Shown here piece by piece: positions 52,459-61,151 of a DNA stretch of 64,000 nt. The stretch comes from Desulfomonilia bacterium (GTDB lineage: Bacteria > Desulfobacterota > Desulfomonilia > UBA1062). A program made the translations under genes and the position numbers. The stretch lies in NCBI GenBank assembly GCA_963664325.2, contig CAXXDQ010000003.1:736001-800000 (forward strand). The letters are read 5' to 3'. Below the pieces are notes generated by a model. That model was not told where the DNA came from and did not search any database. It worked only from the letters and a program-made list of their open reading frames with translations. Every line of letters starts with the position of its first letter. The stretch's first letter is position 1.

Positions 52459-52636
52459 TTAATATTAGAGCTTCTTGCAAAAGACCTACATCAGAGAGTG
52501 CTTCGTCATTGTAGTTCTTGCAAAGACTGCATTTTAGGCAAACAACCTCACGAAAGAAACTTGGTCATTCATTCTTTTGTTTCGCAGGAGGCTTATTACT
52601 GAAAGCATTTAAATTTAACTGGGGGGAAATGGCGAA

Positions 52637-53377
52637 ATGCCATCAATTTTCGGATTAGGATATTTTTGTAAAAGACTGCTTGATCTTGTTATTTCCATCA
52701 CAATGCTGCTGCTGCTTTCGCCTTTAATGTTAGTTGTTGCCATTATGATCAGGTACAAACTGGGTTCACCAGTTATTTTCAAACAGGACAGACCCGGCAT
52801 GAACGGCAAGATATTTACCTTATATAAATTCAAGACTCTTCTTGATTTATATGATGAGAATGGAGAGCCTCTCCCTGATAAAGAAAGACTGACTCCATTC
52901 GGTGATTTTCTCAGGTGTTTCAGTCTTGATGAGCTTCCGCAGTTTTATAATGTGCTGAAAGGTGAAATGAGCGCAATAGGACCCAGACCGCAGATGGAAA
53001 AATACTGGGATCTCCTATCGGATGAGCAGAAAGAAATCTTCAATATCAAACCCGGAATAACTGGCTGGGCACAGATTAACGGCCGGAATTTGCTTACGTG
53101 GGAAAAACGGTTTGAACTTGACACCTGGTACCTTCAAAACTGGAGCATCTGGCTGGATATTAAGATTGCATTCATAACAGCCTGGAAAGTAATAATTCGA
53201 GAGGGTGTAAAACATCCGGGACATGCTACGATGATAGAATTCACGGGTAACGGTAAAGCCGTGCATTATGAAAAATGGCAATATGAGAGCGTTAATGGTG
53301 ATATTAACCTTGGTGACAGTCCACACAAACTGGGTAATGGCGATCAGACAGGAAAAGATGCCACTGACTACAACTGA
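52637..53377 (+). CDS. Initiating phosphoglycosyl transferase (PglC-like)
   Basis: KRLLD; FKQDRPG; SLDELPQ; GPRP; KPGITGWAQINGRN. Confidence 0.92.
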   Translation: MPSIFGLGYFCKRLLDLVISITMLLLLSPLMLVVAIMIRYKLGSPVIFKQDRPGMNGKIFTLYKFKTLLDLYDENGEPLPDKERLTPFGDFLRCFSLDELPQFYNVLKGEMSAIGPRPQMEKYWDLLSDEQKEIFNIKPGITGWAQINGRNLLTWEKRFELDTWYLQNWSIWLDIKIAFITAWKVIIREGVKHPGHATMIEFTGNGKAVHYEKWQYESVNGDINLGDSPHKLGNGDQTGKDATDYN

Positions 53378-53397
53378 TTAATCATTTGCATATTCAT

Positions 53398-53433
53398 AAA
53401 AAAACCGGCGGAATAGAAACCGCCGGTTTTTTA
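53398..53433. terminator. Bidirectional intrinsic terminator
   Basis: AAAAAACCGGCGG-N8-CCGCCGGTTTTTT. Confidence 0.85.
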
Positions 53434-53468
53434 TTTAATTGATTTTTTCTCCCCCGATATAATAGGGG

Positions 53469-53497
53469 CATGCCCTTCCGCCGACCGGAAGGGCATG
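53469..53497 (-). terminator. GC-rich hairpin 3' of the subtilase gene
   Basis: CATGCCCTTCCG-N5-CGGAAGGGCATG, a perfect 12-bp stem without a U tract. Confidence 0.55.
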
Positions 53498-53509
53498 GGG
53501 GGGTATGGG

Positions 53510-54862
53510 TTATCCCCGTTGCCTGCAGGCAAAAACCGGGAACAGGACCATCAATATCAAGACACTCAAAAGAATGCCAGATGCCGCCTGATTGTTCGAT
53601 GATGTTTCTATGAAGCAACCCTTTTTGCTTCCGTCTTCACCTGAAGCCTCTTCGCCATCAGAACTCGCTGCTGCAGGAGGAACCCATGCAGAGTTGTCAA
53701 CTATGCCATGATTCTTGATGCCCATAAGAGCATTGTAGGCGTTGACACAGCCGCCGCTCATATTGAGTTCATCAGAATAAGACGCACTTATTATAGAACC
53801 TTCGATTATTCTCGATCTGACTTCGGAATAGCTGATAGAGGGATTTTCAGAAAACACCATTGCCGCAATACCTGCAACGAACGGTGAAGCGAAGGAAGTA
53901 CCGGATGCATATGAAGTTATGTTATTATCAAGGTCAGTTGTTGTCAGGCTGCTTCCCGGTGCGGCAACATGGACGCTGTAGTAGCCGTAATTGGAAAAGC
54001 TTGCCAGCTCGCCGTAGCGATTCATTGCTGCAACCGATATTATGTTGTCGATTTTGTAGTTTGAAGGATAGTGTGCAACGTTGTCGTTATTTTCCGAATT
54101 ATTTCCGGCAGAACAGACGACAAGCACTCCTCTGCTCCTTGCATAATTTATGGCGTCTTCAAGTGAACGTGAATACGTATCGAAACCCCAGCTTGCATTT
54201 ATAATCTGGACGCCGTTATTGGCTGCATAATTGATTGCCTCTATAGCATCTGAAGTATAACCCGTAGTATTGGTACCATCTTTTCTCATAAACTTGAGCG
54301 GCATGATTTCTATATTGCTGTTCCATGCAACACCGCAGGCTTTGATACTGTCTTTACCTTTGGCTCCTATTATACCTGTGACCCTTGTGCCGTGGCCCGC
54401 ATCGTCTTCAGGCACGCTAGTATCATTAACGAAGTCATATCCGGCTATCAGGATATCCTTGAGTTCGCCGTGATCCAGATCCACACCCGAATCTATGACC
54501 GCTATCCTTACTTTTGCATTGGCAGGATTTGAGGAAATAAAATTCCATGCATCCGGCAGATCGACATCACTCCATTCGGAAGCTTTGTACGGCCAGTCTG
54601 TAGGGACTTCATCAGCCTTGATAATATAATTGGGTTCGGCATATTCAACGTCATCCCTGGCATTAAGCTCTGCTATCGCCTTCTGGGTGTCATCTACTGC
54701 AACGGCATAGGCTCTTGCCGGTGCCGATTCGGCGCTCATGAATGCTGAGGCAGGTTTAAATTTGACTATCACTTCTCCTTGTTTATAGTCGGCTGAAAAA
54801 ACAGGAGTACCAAGAATTGCCACCAGAATGAGTGAAACAAAAAATGTCTTAGGTCCTTTCAT
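53510..54862 (-). CDS. Secreted S8 subtilase with a C-terminal CFI-box-type sorting signal
   Basis: Signal peptide; YAEPNY prodomain end; catalytic IDSG, HGT and GTSFASP; GCFIET followed by a TM helix and basic tail. Probable ATG at 54862. Confidence 0.9.
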   Translation of the reverse strand: MKGPKTFFVSLILVAILGTPVFSADYKQGEVIVKFKPASAFMSAESAPARAYAVAVDDTQKAIAELNARDDVEYAEPNYIIKADEVPTDWPYKASEWSDVDLPDAWNFISSNPANAKVRIAVIDSGVDLDHGELKDILIAGYDFVNDTSVPEDDAGHGTRVTGIIGAKGKDSIKACGVAWNSNIEIMPLKFMRKDGTNTTGYTSDAIEAINYAANNGVQIINASWGFDTYSRSLEDAINYARSRGVLVVCSAGNNSENNDNVAHYPSNYKIDNIISVAAMNRYGELASFSNYGYYSVHVAAPGSSLTTTDLDNNITSYASGTSFASPFVAGIAAMVFSENPSISYSEVRSRIIEGSIISASYSDELNMSGGCVNAYNALMGIKNHGIVDNSAWVPPAAASSDGEEASGEDGSKKGCFIETSSNNQAASGILLSVLILMVLFPVFACRQRG

Positions 54863-54897
54863 GTTGCCCCCCTTTTTTGTGTTCTGAATAGGGAAGG

Positions 54898-54912
54898 GCA
54901 ATCCGGATGCCA
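54898..54912 (-). promoter_or_regulatory. Sigma54 -24/-12 promoter of the subtilase
   Basis: Minus strand TGGCAT-CCGGA-TTGC with exact GG-N10-GC spacing, about 35 nt upstream of the ATG. Confidence 0.72.
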
Positions 54913-54997
54913 TATGTGCCAGAGTTTAATGCACTATAAAAAATATCATGAAAACAATAAGATATAAAATTTCTGTGATTGATGGAGACCTGGAGTA

Positions 54998-55057
54998 CAA
55001 TTACAACGATCACGTGATTGTAATTGGAATTACGATTTGTAATCTTCAAATCGTAAT
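54998..55057. promoter_or_regulatory. Two tandem 29-bp inverted repeats (candidate enhancer/UAS)
   Basis: CAATTACAA-N11-TTGTAATTG (54998-55026) and ATTACGATTTG-N7-CAAATCGTAAT (55029-55057). Confidence 0.6.
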
Positions 55058-55155
55058 GTGTAATCTGAGAGCACGAAAAATGACTAATTTTATATGTTGA
55101 TAAAAATCTAGCCGATGGACATAACCGGATTTCACGGATATAATTCGAAATCTGT

Positions 55156-56211
55156 ATGCTAGTCCAAAGATATATAACCAATAATATTATTAAAACCTTC
55201 TTTGGGGCTCTCGTTGTACTGTTCTGTGTGATGCTTATCGTTCAATGGGTGCAGATGGGCCGATTTCTTTCCCTTGAAGATGCCGACCTGATGCTTCTTG
55301 CATTTGTCCCTGTCGGGAGGTTTGTTGTCCCGATGGCATTTCTTTTCAGTATCCTGATAATGCTTGAAAGACTTTCCTCTGATTCCGAGATAGTTGCTAT
55401 GAAGGCCTGCGGCGTCAAGAGCCGCACGATTAATATGCCGATCATATGGTTTTCCGTCCTCTGTATGTTTATCAATCTTATTCTGTCTACATGGCTGGGA
55501 CCTCTTTCTATGGAGACAATCCAGAAAAGGCTGATGGAAGAAGCCCCTAAAAAAATATATTCTTTTATCAAAGAAAGGGATTTTGACGATTCATTCAGGG
55601 GCATAACCTTTTATGTGGGATCGGTTGACCAGAAGAAGAAAAGACTCAACCAGATTTATATTGAGAGCAAAGGCAGCACGCCTTATGTGGTAACAGCAGA
55701 AAAGGGTGAAGTCGGCATGGGGACTTCACAGGTTGTACTTAAGCTCTATAATGGCAGCATGTTCATGCAGAAAGACAAGGTCATGAGATATATAACCTTT
55801 GACGAATATGATTTTGTGTTGAATTTCAATCTGACAAGGGAATTGGGAATTAAAACCTGGGAAACGGCCTCACAGCCCAAACTCAAAGAACTCATTACGA
55901 AAGACCCGGATCCCAAATGGATCAAGGAATATTACAACAGATATTCATTTCCGGTTCTCAGCCTTATACTCGGATTTGTCGGTATAACCTTCGGTTACAG
56001 AAAACCGAGGGCCTCAAAATATGGTGGCTTTATTATCGGCATATCAGCAGTCATCGGATATTATTTTGTTTTCATTATGACAGACAGACTTGTTAAGGCG
56101 GACAGGATTGAACCTGTACTGGGTGCATGGATACCCAATATAGTGTTTTGTGCAATAATTTTTGTTGTCTGGATAATCAGGTCATTATACCAGAAAAGGC
56201 CCATGAGATGA
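55156..56211 (+). CDS. lptF: LPS export permease LptF
   Basis: RYI N-terminus; RLSSDSEIVAMKACGV; AWIPNI; six-TM layout. Confidence 0.88.
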   Translation: MLVQRYITNNIIKTFFGALVVLFCVMLIVQWVQMGRFLSLEDADLMLLAFVPVGRFVVPMAFLFSILIMLERLSSDSEIVAMKACGVKSRTINMPIIWFSVLCMFINLILSTWLGPLSMETIQKRLMEEAPKKIYSFIKERDFDDSFRGITFYVGSVDQKKKRLNQIYIESKGSTPYVVTAEKGEVGMGTSQVVLKLYNGSMFMQKDKVMRYITFDEYDFVLNFNLTRELGIKTWETASQPKLKELITKDPDPKWIKEYYNRYSFPVLSLILGFVGITFGYRKPRASKYGGFIIGISAVIGYYFVFIMTDRLVKADRIEPVLGAWIPNIVFCAIIFVVWIIRSLYQKRPMR

Positions 56212-57284
56212 CACTCTACAAGTATATATTCAAAAAGGCGTTTATCATGTGGATAGGCGCCCTTGTCAGCCTGGCCGGGATGATATTTATGGCCAATTTT
56301 ATCGGGAACATGTCCATGTTTTCAAGAAACAACGCGGAGGGGGCTCTTGTTTTTACCTTTATGATTTTAAGCCTTCCTGAAATGGTGTATCTGGTTTTGC
56401 CCTTTTCGCTTTGCCTCGGAATTCTTTCATCGCAGGCACTTTTTTCAAGACATGTCGAGACGATTGCAATGCAGTCGTGTTCGGTCCCGACATGGAGGAT
56501 TTATCTGCCTTATATCAGCATGGGGGTGCTCGCGGTCGGTTTTATGTCGGTTCTGTCATTCTATTTATATCCTATTGCTCAGAGGGAAGCCGATAAAATC
56601 GAAAAATTCAAGATTGCAAATGAAGGGATAAAAGGCTCATTCGACGTTCATGGAAGCCGTTTCAGGGATAGTGATAATATATACTATGTTGAGCTTCTGG
56701 ATATTGACGGCGAAGCTATGGAAAGGATTTCCTGTTACAGGCTCAATGGGGGCAGACTAACGGAGATTCTGAAAGCTGATAAGGCGAAATGGGATGGAAA
56801 GGCATGGGTTGCAACTGGTGTCAGCAGGATTGGTTTTACGGAGAAAGGAATATCAGTTGTAAAGGGAGATAATGCTCTACCTTTAAAGAGCAATCCTCAG
56901 GAGCTTTTTATGGCCAGACCTAAACCTGAAGTCCTGACGATACCGGAACTCCGGCATTATATAGCACAGATCAGAAAAGACGGACTGAGGTCCAAGAGTG
57001 TTGAAACATATTTTCACAACAGGATAAGTTTCGTAATCGCACCCCTTGTCATGACTATTCTTGTTCTTCCATTTGGTATGAGGTTCCCGAGAACCGGTGG
57101 AATAGCAAGAGGAATTGCCCTTGGTCTTGTTTTCGCCCTTTCCTACTGGGCATTCCATTCCGGTATGGTGTCTCTGGGAATGTCCGGTTATATAAACCCG
57201 ATTGCGGCAAGCTGGGCTGCGAATGTTGCAGCTCTTGCCATAGGGGGAATATTCATTACCATGAAAAAAGGCGCTTACGGGTGA
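56208..57284 (+). CDS. lptG: LPS export permease LptG
   Basis: LYKYI; ETIAMQSC; ADKAKWDG.AW; NPIAASWAAN; translationally coupled to lptF. Confidence 0.85.
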   Translation: MTLYKYIFKKAFIMWIGALVSLAGMIFMANFIGNMSMFSRNNAEGALVFTFMILSLPEMVYLVLPFSLCLGILSSQALFSRHVETIAMQSCSVPTWRIYLPYISMGVLAVGFMSVLSFYLYPIAQREADKIEKFKIANEGIKGSFDVHGSRFRDSDNIYYVELLDIDGEAMERISCYRLNGGRLTEILKADKAKWDGKAWVATGVSRIGFTEKGISVVKGDNALPLKSNPQELFMARPKPEVLTIPELRHYIAQIRKDGLRSKSVETYFHNRISFVIAPLVMTILVLPFGMRFPRTGGIARGIALGLVFALSYWAFHSGMVSLGMSGYINPIAASWAANVAALAIGGIFITMKKGAYG

Positions 57285-57319
57285 CAGAAAATAATTTGTA
57301 TCACGGGTATATGCATTAA

Positions 57320-57365
57320 GCCTGACAGGGAGTCCATAATTGAACTCCCTGTTCCAGTGGCTTTA
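57320..57365 (+). terminator. Hairpin/terminator downstream of lptG
   Basis: ACAGGGAGT-N10-ACTCCCTGT with an extendable stem, then TTT. Confidence 0.5.
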
Positions 57366-57807
57366 AATGTAATGTAAACTTTAACCCTGAAGAAAAGTTT
57401 GACAGCAACCCTGTTTGATCTAACACGGTAAATACAAACCAGCCATGTCCTGTGAAGTTTTGTACCTTATAAAAAAAATCACCCTGAGATAGTTCCTTTG
57501 ATGGTAAATGAAAAGAACTGAAACCATACCTGCCTGGTTCATGTCTCGCTTTGGGTAAGTATGCCGCAATCTGTTGGCGCATTCATCAAAGAAGTAAACG
57601 TATATGAAAAAAGCTGGCGCTCCATGCCGCGAAAAAAGTAAAGCTTATATGAATTTTAAACCTGATGAGGCAGATTGCCGTGATCGGGACAAAACTTATA
57701 GGTTATGCAATAAGGGCTTTAATGCTTATGAGCGCCTGTTTGTCTGCATTTGCAGAAAATGAAGTTCCGTTTCATGTGAGATATTCGTGACTGATCCGGT
57801 GTTGGTT

Positions 57808-58332
57808 TCATGATGCGGCATCGTTTAAACCGAGTGCTTTACAGAATGGCTTATACAGGCTGAATGAAGCCATAACGATATCGAGAATCTCCTCTTTTTT
57901 ATAAAGCTTTCCTTTGCCGATGCCCGGACAGGTTTTTAACACTTCAATCCATGCCTTCTCAGAACGGAGGTTGACAAACCAGAAGGGAAAAGTCCTGCAT
58001 TGCAGCGGCCTGACAGGATAGATTGAACAGCCGTTCTCGAAAAATATGCACCGGCCCGCATCGTCTTCCCTTATACTGAAGCCATCAACATAGGGATACA
58101 GGCATCGTTCAATAAACAGCTCCTTCTTTATTTCAAGAAAATCAGCAATAAGATTTATCTCATTTTCCAGAACAAAGATTATACCTGGTTCACCATTACA
58201 GCATTTTCCGCACAGGCTGCATTCAAACCTTATCCCATTATCAAAAAAATAATTTCTGTCCTTGTATCCCTTGAAGCTTTCCTTATTTTTCCGGCGCTGC
58301 AAAATCATCTCTCCTCGGGTGGAACACATCAA
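57808..58332 (-). CDS. YkgJ-family cysteine-cluster protein (start uncertain)
   Basis: FECSLCGKCC; CIFF...CSIYPVRPLQCRTFPFW; CPGIG. Confidence 0.88.
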   Translation of the reverse strand: MMCSTRGEMILQRRKNKESFKGYKDRNYFFDNGIRFECSLCGKCCNGEPGIIFVLENEINLIADFLEIKKELFIERCLYPYVDGFSIREDDAGRCIFFENGCSIYPVRPLQCRTFPFWFVNLRSEKAWIEVLKTCPGIGKGKLYKKEEILDIVMASFSLYKPFCKALGLNDAAS

Positions 58333-58615
58333 CGATATAGCAGTCTGTCAGGGGCAGGCCCGAATGTTTTATGTTGGGTGGAATGACAAGAGCCGAACCT
58401 TCCTCGAGCAATATCTTTTCACCATCGAGGTTCATCTCAAACTTCCCTTTGATTACCATGCTTATCTGTTCATGAGGGTGAAAATGTTCAGGCATGGGAG
58501 AGCCGGAAATAATGTTGCAGTATTGAACCGTCATGTTTGATGTATGTACATACTTTGCCAAGTATCCCTTGATGATTTCTTTTTCCGGTGTATCTTTGAG
58601 ATTATGGTATTTCAT
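58283..58615 (-). CDS. Cupin domain protein
   Basis: HFHPHEQ; IPPNIKHS; DVFHPRRDDF. Confidence 0.88.
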   Translation of the reverse strand: MKYHNLKDTPEKEIIKGYLAKYVHTSNMTVQYCNIISGSPMPEHFHPHEQISMVIKGKFEMNLDGEKILLEEGSALVIPPNIKHSGLPLTDCYIVDVFHPRRDDFAAPEK

Positions 58616-58720
58616 GTTTAATTACCTCCATTCGTCTTTCTTACATGCAGGAAATGCATGGGTCAAGGATGTTGACATAATGGGAAAAAACCAATTGCAT
58701 TTTAGGGATAATTCCGATAG

Positions 58721-58924
<204 letters not shown>

Positions 58925-58960
58925 AGCATTTTAGTAAAAGATTATAAGTATTCTCGGATG

Positions 58961-59008
58961 ATAAGGCAGCAATCTTGAATAAAGAGTGTTGCCTTATTGC
59001 ATTTTTCC
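58961..59008. terminator. Hairpin between the convergent ferredoxin and ihfA genes
   Basis: ATAAGGCAGCA...TGTTGCCTTAT stem, then a T tract. Confidence 0.5.
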
Positions 59009-59015
59009 CTGAAGA

Positions 59016-59309
59016 TTACTTCTCTGGTTCAGTCAGTTTCGCACGCAGAACATTCGAAAGAGAAAATGTAACTACGCTTCTGGGTGTAATCGTTATCTCT
59101 TCTCCTGTTTGCGGGTTTCTTCCTCTCCTGGAATTTTTCTTTCGGACTTTCCATTTGCCGAACCCGGAAATACATACATCATCGCCTTTCTCAAGCTGGA
59201 GTTTGATAATGTCAAGCAGAGTCTCGATAGCTTCAGATGCTTCCTTTCTGGAAAGGCCCGTTGATAAAACAATCTCATCGATAATTACATTCTTTGTCAA
59301 TGTGCCCAT
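59016..59309 (-). CDS. ihfA: Integration host factor alpha subunit
   Basis: LTK; ISGFGK; GRNPQTGEEI; VVTF. Confidence 0.88.
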   Translation of the reverse strand: MGTLTKNVIIDEIVLSTGLSRKEASEAIETLLDIIKLQLEKGDDVCISGFGKWKVRKKNSRRGRNPQTGEEITITPRSVVTFSLSNVLRAKLTEPEK

Positions 59310-59381
59310 TTACCTCTCCCCCAGAAAAAATTGATATTATCTTAGAATAATGAGAAATAGTTTTATGTCAATACCTTGGAT

Positions 59382-59711
59382 TTAATATGTTTTTTGTTTT
59401 CTGGAAACAATGATATCCCGTGCCATAATAATCCTTATTCCGCAGAGGCTTATGATCTGCGTTTCATTGTTGACTCCACAGGTAAAAGAGTAAATATGCA
59501 TTTTCCCGCAAAGGTCATCTTCATCTACAGGCTCAACAATGAATTTCCATCCCCTTTTCCTCAGATTGGGTATAACTTTTTTCAATTCCTGCCATGTAAA
59601 GCATTCTGCCCAATATGTTGTTTCCTGGTTTCCCGTATAAGCCGGCACGTCTTTAATGAGTTCGAATCTTCCGGAATGAGGTGTTATTTTATAAAGGTTA
59701 TACCTTCGCAT
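59382..59711 (-). CDS. Hypothetical protein
   Basis: 109-aa ORF with an AAGGAG RBS, filling the radA-ihfA gap. Confidence 0.6.
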   Translation of the reverse strand: MRRYNLYKITPHSGRFELIKDVPAYTGNQETTYWAECFTWQELKKVIPNLRKRGWKFIVEPVDEDDLCGKMHIYSFTCGVNNETQIISLCGIRIIMARDIIVSRKQKTY

Positions 59712-59792
59712 AGATAGTATCTCCTTTTTTTTATATCGGATAATTGTTTATGAAACTTTATAATAATAGTCGCATTTTATAAGGTCATAATA

Positions 59793-61151
59793 TCAATTGG
59801 ATACTTTCTTGATAACAGAGATTGCTTCACTCAGGTGAGACAGGGAAATAATATCTATTCCCTTGGATTTTAATTGAGATTCAGCATTGGCTTTTGGAAT
59901 CAGTGCCTTTGAAAAACCAAGCCTTTTTGCTTCCTTAAGCCTTGCTTCAACCTGCCCGACCGGCCTGATCTCTCCGCTGAGTCCGATCTCACCCAAGCAA
60001 ATAAAACCCTGTGGAAGCGGTTTATCAAGTGAGCTTGAAGCTACCGCCATCACAACAGCAAGGTCTGCTGCGGGCTCAATTACTTTTATTCCTGATGTCA
60101 CGTTCACTACAACGTCCGAGCCTGATATGAACATGCCGCTCCTTTTTTCCAGAACAGCCAGCAGAACAGAAACTCTTGATGGATCTATGCCGATTGATAT
60201 CCGTTTTGGCATTGAAAAGGTGGTTTTGCTGACAAGCGACTGGATCTCCACCAGAAAAACCCTGCTGCCCTCAATAGCAGGCATAACTGAACTGCCGGGC
60301 AGTCTGCCGCCAAGACCCATGAAGATTCCCGAAGGGTTTGTTATACTCGTAAGACCTGATTCCTTCATTTCAAAAATGCCGATTTCACCGGAGGGGCCAA
60401 ACCTGTTTTTCACCGCCCTGAGGATCCTGTAAGCACCGGAAGGATCACCTTCAAAGTAAAGGACAGTGTCTACAAGATGTTCAAGCATTTTGGGTCCTGC
60501 TATCCAACCGTCCTTTGTTACGTGTCCTATTAAAAAAACAGGTACGCCGGTTGACTTTGCAATACCCATAAGCATTCCAGCACAATGTCTTATCTGAGCC
60601 ACACTTCCGGGTGCTGCCTCAATTTTTAATGAAAATACGGACTGTATGGAATCTATTACGATAATGTCAGGCGATACTGTTCTGATCTGTTCAATAATTT
60701 TTTCCATCATTATTTCCGGGTAGATCAAGAGAGACCTGCTTTTTACTCCCAGCCGTTCTCCCCGGATTTTTAACTGGACAGCGGATTCCTCTCCACTGAC
60801 ATAAAGCACTTTTTGCGAAGATGACAGATGGAATGCCATCTGCAGCATCAGTGTAGACTTGCCTATTCCGGGATCACCGCCAATGAGCACCAGTGAGCCG
60901 TCAACGATGCCGGAACCGAGAACCCTGTCGAGTTCCTGGATACCTGTTGATAAACGTGACAGAGAATGACCGACGATATCATCAAAAGCAAGAGGCAAGG
61001 TGTCTCTTGGTACGGCGGTATTGACTGCAGCTGATTCCACGGCAATCTCTTCAAGGGTATTCCACTCTGAACACTGGGTGCATCTGCCCAGCCATCTGTC
61101 AAATGTATTTCCACAGGCTGAGCACCTGAAGAACTGTTTGGCTTTTGGCAT
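59793..61151 (-). CDS. radA: DNA repair protein RadA/Sms
   Basis: C4 zinc finger; GGDPGIGKST; KNRFG; Lon-like C-terminal domain. Confidence 0.97.
   Translation of the reverse strand: MPKAKQFFRCSACGNTFDRWLGRCTQCSEWNTLEEIAVESAAVNTAVPRDTLPLAFDDIVGHSLSRLSTGIQELDRVLGSGIVDGSLVLIGGDPGIGKSTLMLQMAFHLSSSQKVLYVSGEESAVQLKIRGERLGVKSRSLLIYPEIMMEKIIEQIRTVSPDIIVIDSIQSVFSLKIEAAPGSVAQIRHCAGMLMGIAKSTGVPVFLIGHVTKDGWIAGPKMLEHLVDTVLYFEGDPSGAYRILRAVKNRFGPSGEIGIFEMKESGLTSITNPSGIFMGLGGRLPGSSVMPAIEGSRVFLVEIQSLVSKTTFSMPKRISIGIDPSRVSVLLAVLEKRSGMFISGSDVVVNVTSGIKVIEPAADLAVVMAVASSSLDKPLPQGFICLGEIGLSGEIRPVGQVEARLKEAKRLGFSKALIPKANAESQLKSKGIDIISLSHLSEAISVIKKVSN

Noticed and set aside
52536-52575. c-di-GMP-I riboswitch (GGCAAAC...GAAA)
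   Set aside because: It lacks the downstream GACGCAAA and second-stem motifs, and pairing around GAAA is weak.
57661-57690. Hammerhead ribozyme core (CTGATGA + GGCA/TGCC stem)
   Set aside because: The stem is followed by GTGA instead of the required GAAA, and no stems I/III were found.
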